Of a stretch of 64,000 nucleotides of DNA, positions 60,240 through 64,000 are shown in pieces; position 1 is the stretch's first letter; each line of letters opens with the position of its first letter. A program made the translations under genes and the position numbers. Source of the stretch: Mobula hypostoma (Eukaryota); contig NC_086098.1 of the NCBI RefSeq assembly GCF_963921235.1, forward strand, positions 806,001 to 870,000, written 5' to 3'. The notes below the pieces were generated by a model, which was not told the DNA's origin, did no database searches, and saw nothing but the letters and a program-made list of their open reading frames with translations.

Positions 60240-61195
60240 AATGAACACAGTTCCTCCACTCCATCTTCAAATAGTAGGATTTCCATTTTAATTTCTATCC
60301 CCATTCCCATTTTGATATTTTGGTCCATGGCCTCCCCTTCTGCCACGATGAGGTCTCTCTTGGGTTGGGGGAACAACACCTCAACTCCGTCTGTGTAACC
60401 TCCAACCTGATGGCATGAACACTGATTTCTTCATTCCCCCTCTGCAATTCCCCAGTCTGGCCTCTTACCTCTTCTCCTCAAGTGCCTATCTCCTCTCCCT
60501 GGTGCTCCTCCTCCTTCCCTTTCTCCTATGGTTCACTGTTGTCTTCTATCAGATTCCATCTTCTTCAGCCCTTTACCTTTTTTACCTATCACCTCCCAGT
60601 TTCTTACTTCGTTCCCTCCCCCACCTACTTCACTTCACCTATCACTTCAGCACAGACAAAATGCTGGAGGAATCCAGCAGGCCAGGCAGCATCTATGGAA
60701 AGAGTGCAGTTGATGTTTCAGGCTGAAATCCTTCAGCAGGACTTTAGTGTGTGTTACTCTGGATTTCCAGCATTTACAGAATCTCAAAGTTGCTGGTGAA
60801 CACAGCAGGCCAGGCAGCATCTCTAGGAAGAGGTACAGTCGACGTTTCAGGCCGAGACACTCCGTCAGGACAACAGGACTCCCTGTTTACCTTCATCCAT
60901 CTTCCAGAAAAGAAGATTAGTGATTTAGATGTACACTGTTAAAGCCTTTCAGTTTATCCCCTCTCCTTCACCCACTACCTTACCCCTCACTTTGTCGTGT
61001 GTCAGCTTGTATTCCTTCCCCTCCCCCCACTTTGTTCTGGCTTCTTCCCCCTTCCTTTCTAACTCTGATGAACGGTCTCAGGCCGAATACTTAAACTGTT
61101 TATTCCTCTTTGTAGATACTGCCTGACAGGCTGAGTTCCTCCAGTATTTTGTGTGTTACTCTGGATTTCCAGTGCCTTCAGAATCTCCTATGTTT
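60240..61195. mobile_element. Penelope-like cluster: GIY-YIG tail (+), two inverted terminal repeats (-), one direct terminal repeat (+)
   Basis: HFN..PH..VHGLPFCHDE..GEQHL..LQPDGMNTDF at about 60280-60430; hammerhead-like motifs at 60707-60744 (-), 60836-60873 (-) and about 61060-61100 (+). Confidence 0.78.
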
Positions 61196-61689
61196 TTATA
61201 AATGTTGTGAACTGTCATTAATATATTAATATCTAAAAGTAATGACCCTACTATTTTAGTGAATGTTGCAACTTCCAGCGTTACAACATCTCACTGAATT
61301 TAAAGATTTGAGAATTATTTATTTGAGGCCCTCCGTTGGTCAGCGTTGACCATGCATGTTGCGTCCCAGCTGTCGACATGATACACAAGTGGTATGCAAG
61401 CCAGGCCAGTACAATATGGAGAGCAAGTTGTTGGCAATTTAGCAGGCTCCCCTCTCCACACATCTGATGAATCCAAAGGAACAATAGAAGCCAGTACAGT
61501 GTGGCACTAGCAGCAGCACAGGATTTGCTGGTCAGCGTTGAACTCAGCATAAAACTACCCTGGGGACTACAGCTCCGGATCTTTTCTTGGGATTTAATAC
61601 TGAAACCTTCCCCAACCTCAGCCCTAAATATACAGAAAGACCTGGCTTCCACCCTTCCCTGTGGCATTCTCCTTAATCCCGCTTACATT

Positions 61690-62288
61690 CATTTCCATCT
61701 TCACCTTCTTAATGGTTTTTAGTTGCTCTCTGTTGGTTTTTAAAAGCTTCCCTATCTTCTAACTTCCCACTAATTCTTGCTCTATTATATGTTCTCTCTT
61801 TTGCTTTTATGTTGGCATTGACTTCTCTTGTTAGCCATATTTGTGTCTTCATTCCTTCAGAACACTTCTTCCTCTTTGGGATGTATATATCCTGTGCCTT
61901 CCACATTGCTTCCAAACTTCCAGCTGCAGCTGCCCTGGTGTCATCCTTGCCAGTGTTCTTTTCCAATCAATTCTGGCCATCTCCTCTCTTATCGTTCTGT
62001 AATTCCCTTTACTCCACTGTAATACTAGTACATCTGAACTTAGATTCCCCCTATCAAATTTCGGAGTGAATTTGTTCATATTATGATCATTTTCCCCAAA
62101 GGGTTCCTTTACCTTAAGCTCTCTAATCAATTCTGGTTCACCCAATCCAGAATAGCTGATCCTTTAGTGGGCTCAATCATGTGCTGCTCTAAAAAACCAT
62201 CTCTAGAAATTCACCCTCCTGGTATTCAGCAACAGCCTGGCTTTCCCAATCTACCTGCACACTGAATCCCCCATGACTATTGTAACAT
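61690..62288 (-). mobile_element. CR1 APE/linker fragment that merges into the satellite
   Basis: PELIRELKVKEPFGENDHN; the 5'-most part reads VTIVMGD(F)SVQVDWESQ with a 1-nt deletion. Confidence 0.88.
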
Positions 62289-64000
62289 ACTGAAATCCCT
62301 GTGAATATTGTAACAGACTGAAACCCCTGTGACTATTGTAACACACTTAAACCCCCGTGACTATTGTAACAGACTGAAACCTCCGTGACTATTGTAACAC
62401 AATGAAACCCCCGTGACAATTGTAACAGACTGAAACCCCCATGAAAGTTGTAACACACTGAAACTCACATCACTATTGTAACACACTGAGACCCCCATCA
62501 CTACTGTAATATACTGAAAACCCCTTGAATATTGTAACACACTGAAACCCGCATCACTATTGTAACACTCTGAAATCCCCTGTGACTATTGTAACACACT
62601 GAAACTTCCATCACTATTGCAACACACTGACCCGTGGCTATTGTAACACACTGAAACCCCCGTGGCTATTGTAACACACTGAAACCCCCGTGACTATTGT
62701 AAGCACTGAAACCCCGGTAGCTATTGTAAAACACTGAAACCTCCGTGAATATTGTAACACACTGAAACCCCAGTGACTATTGGAACACATTGAAACCCCC
62801 GTGAATATTGTAACACACTGAAACCCCCGTGACTATTGTAACACACTGAAACCCCCGTAACTATTGTAACATACTGAAAACCCCGTGACTATTGTAACAC
62901 ACTGAAACCCGCATCACTATTGTAACACACTGAAACCCCCGTGGCTATTGTAAAACACTGAAACCTCCGTTAATATTGTAACACACTGAAACCCCAGAGA
63001 CTATTGTAACACGCTGAAACCCCCTTGAATATTGTAACACACTGAAACCCGCATCACTATTGTAACACTCTGAAATCCCCTGTGACTATTGTAACACACT
63101 GAAACTCCCATCACTATTGCAACACACTGACCCGTGGCTATTGTAACACACTGAAACCCCCTGTGAATATAGCAACACACTGAAACTCGCATCACTATTG
63201 TAACACACTGAAACCCCCGTAGCTATTGTAAAACACTGAAACCCCCGTGACTATTGTAACACAGTGAAACCCCCGTGACGATTGTAACACACTGAACCTC
63301 CCATCACTATTGTAACACACTGAAACCCCCGTGATTATTGTAACACACTGAAACCCCCGTGAATATTGTAACACACTCAAACCCGCGTGACTATTGTAAC
63401 ACACTGAAACCCCCGTGAATATTCTAACACACTGAAACCCCCATGACTACTGTAACACACTGAAATCCCCGTAACGATTGTAACATACTGAAACCCCCGT
63501 GACTGCTGTAACACACTGAAACCCCCGTGACGATTGTAACACACTGAAACACCCGTGACTGTAGTAACACACTGAAACCCCGATCACTGTTATAACACAC
63601 TGAAACCCCCGTGACGATTGTAACATACTGAAACCCCTGTGACTATTGTAACACACTGAAACCCCTGTGACTATTGTAACACACTCAAATTCCCGTGACT
63701 GTTGCAACACACTGAAACCCCCGTGGATATTGTAACACACTGAGACCCCCGTCACTACTGTAATATACTGAAAACCCCTTGAATATTGTAACACACTGAA
63801 ACCCGCATCACTATTGTAACACTCTGAAATCCCCTGTGACTATTGTAACACACTGAAACTCCCATCACTATTGCAACACACTGACCCATGGCTATTGTAA
63901 CACACTGAAAACCCCGTGGCTATTCTAACACACTGAAACCCCCGTGACTATTGAAACATGCTGAAACCCCCGTGACAATTGTAACGCACTGAAACCCCGG
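62260..64000 (+). repeat. 28-bp satellite (GACTATTGTAACACACTGAAACCCCCGT)n, runs off the window end
   Basis: 28-bp period (GTGACTATTG at 62357 and 62385); about 60 units, with recurring blocks of variant units. Confidence 0.98.

Noticed and set aside
63001..63794. Cys-rich repetitive ORFs on the minus strand
   Set aside because: They are translations of the 28-bp satellite cycling through frames.
62260..64000. CRISPR-like array (28-bp repeat)
   Set aside because: Units are head-to-tail with no unique spacers, there are no cas genes, and the context is eukaryotic.

Overview
This is eukaryotic, repeat-saturated intergenic or intronic DNA. It is most consistent with a cartilaginous fish (shark or ray), inferred from the mix of CR1-type LINEs with an esterase ORF1, Rex1/Babar, V-SINE and Penelope repeats. 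No host protein-coding gene, RNA gene or CRISPR array can be supported. Almost every ORF in the track is a piece, or the antisense shadow, of a decayed transposable element. The window holds dozens of CR1 fragments from several families, often nested, including one 752-aa uninterrupted but 5'-truncated ORF2. It also holds a Rex1/Babar LINE split by a Chapaev3-type DNA transposon and an L1-type 3' end, a full-length decayed CsRN1-like Gypsy element (two 251-bp LTRs, tRNA-Trp PBS, 4-bp TSD), a Tc1 derivative, an RTE-type fragment, two SINEs, Penelope-like remnants and three tandem arrays. The most interesting observations are: (1) the terminal 28-bp satellite grows directly out of the endonuclease GDF motif of a CR1 copy and has higher-order structure; (2) six Penelope terminal repeats jointly reconstruct a minimal type-I hammerhead ribozyme; (3) two inverted CR1 copies 40 kb apart share the same frameshift; (4) a short CpG-retaining, TALE-motif-rich unique island is a candidate conserved enhancer. 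I found no convincing wholly new biological system. Boundaries without a stated TSD or TIR are approximate.
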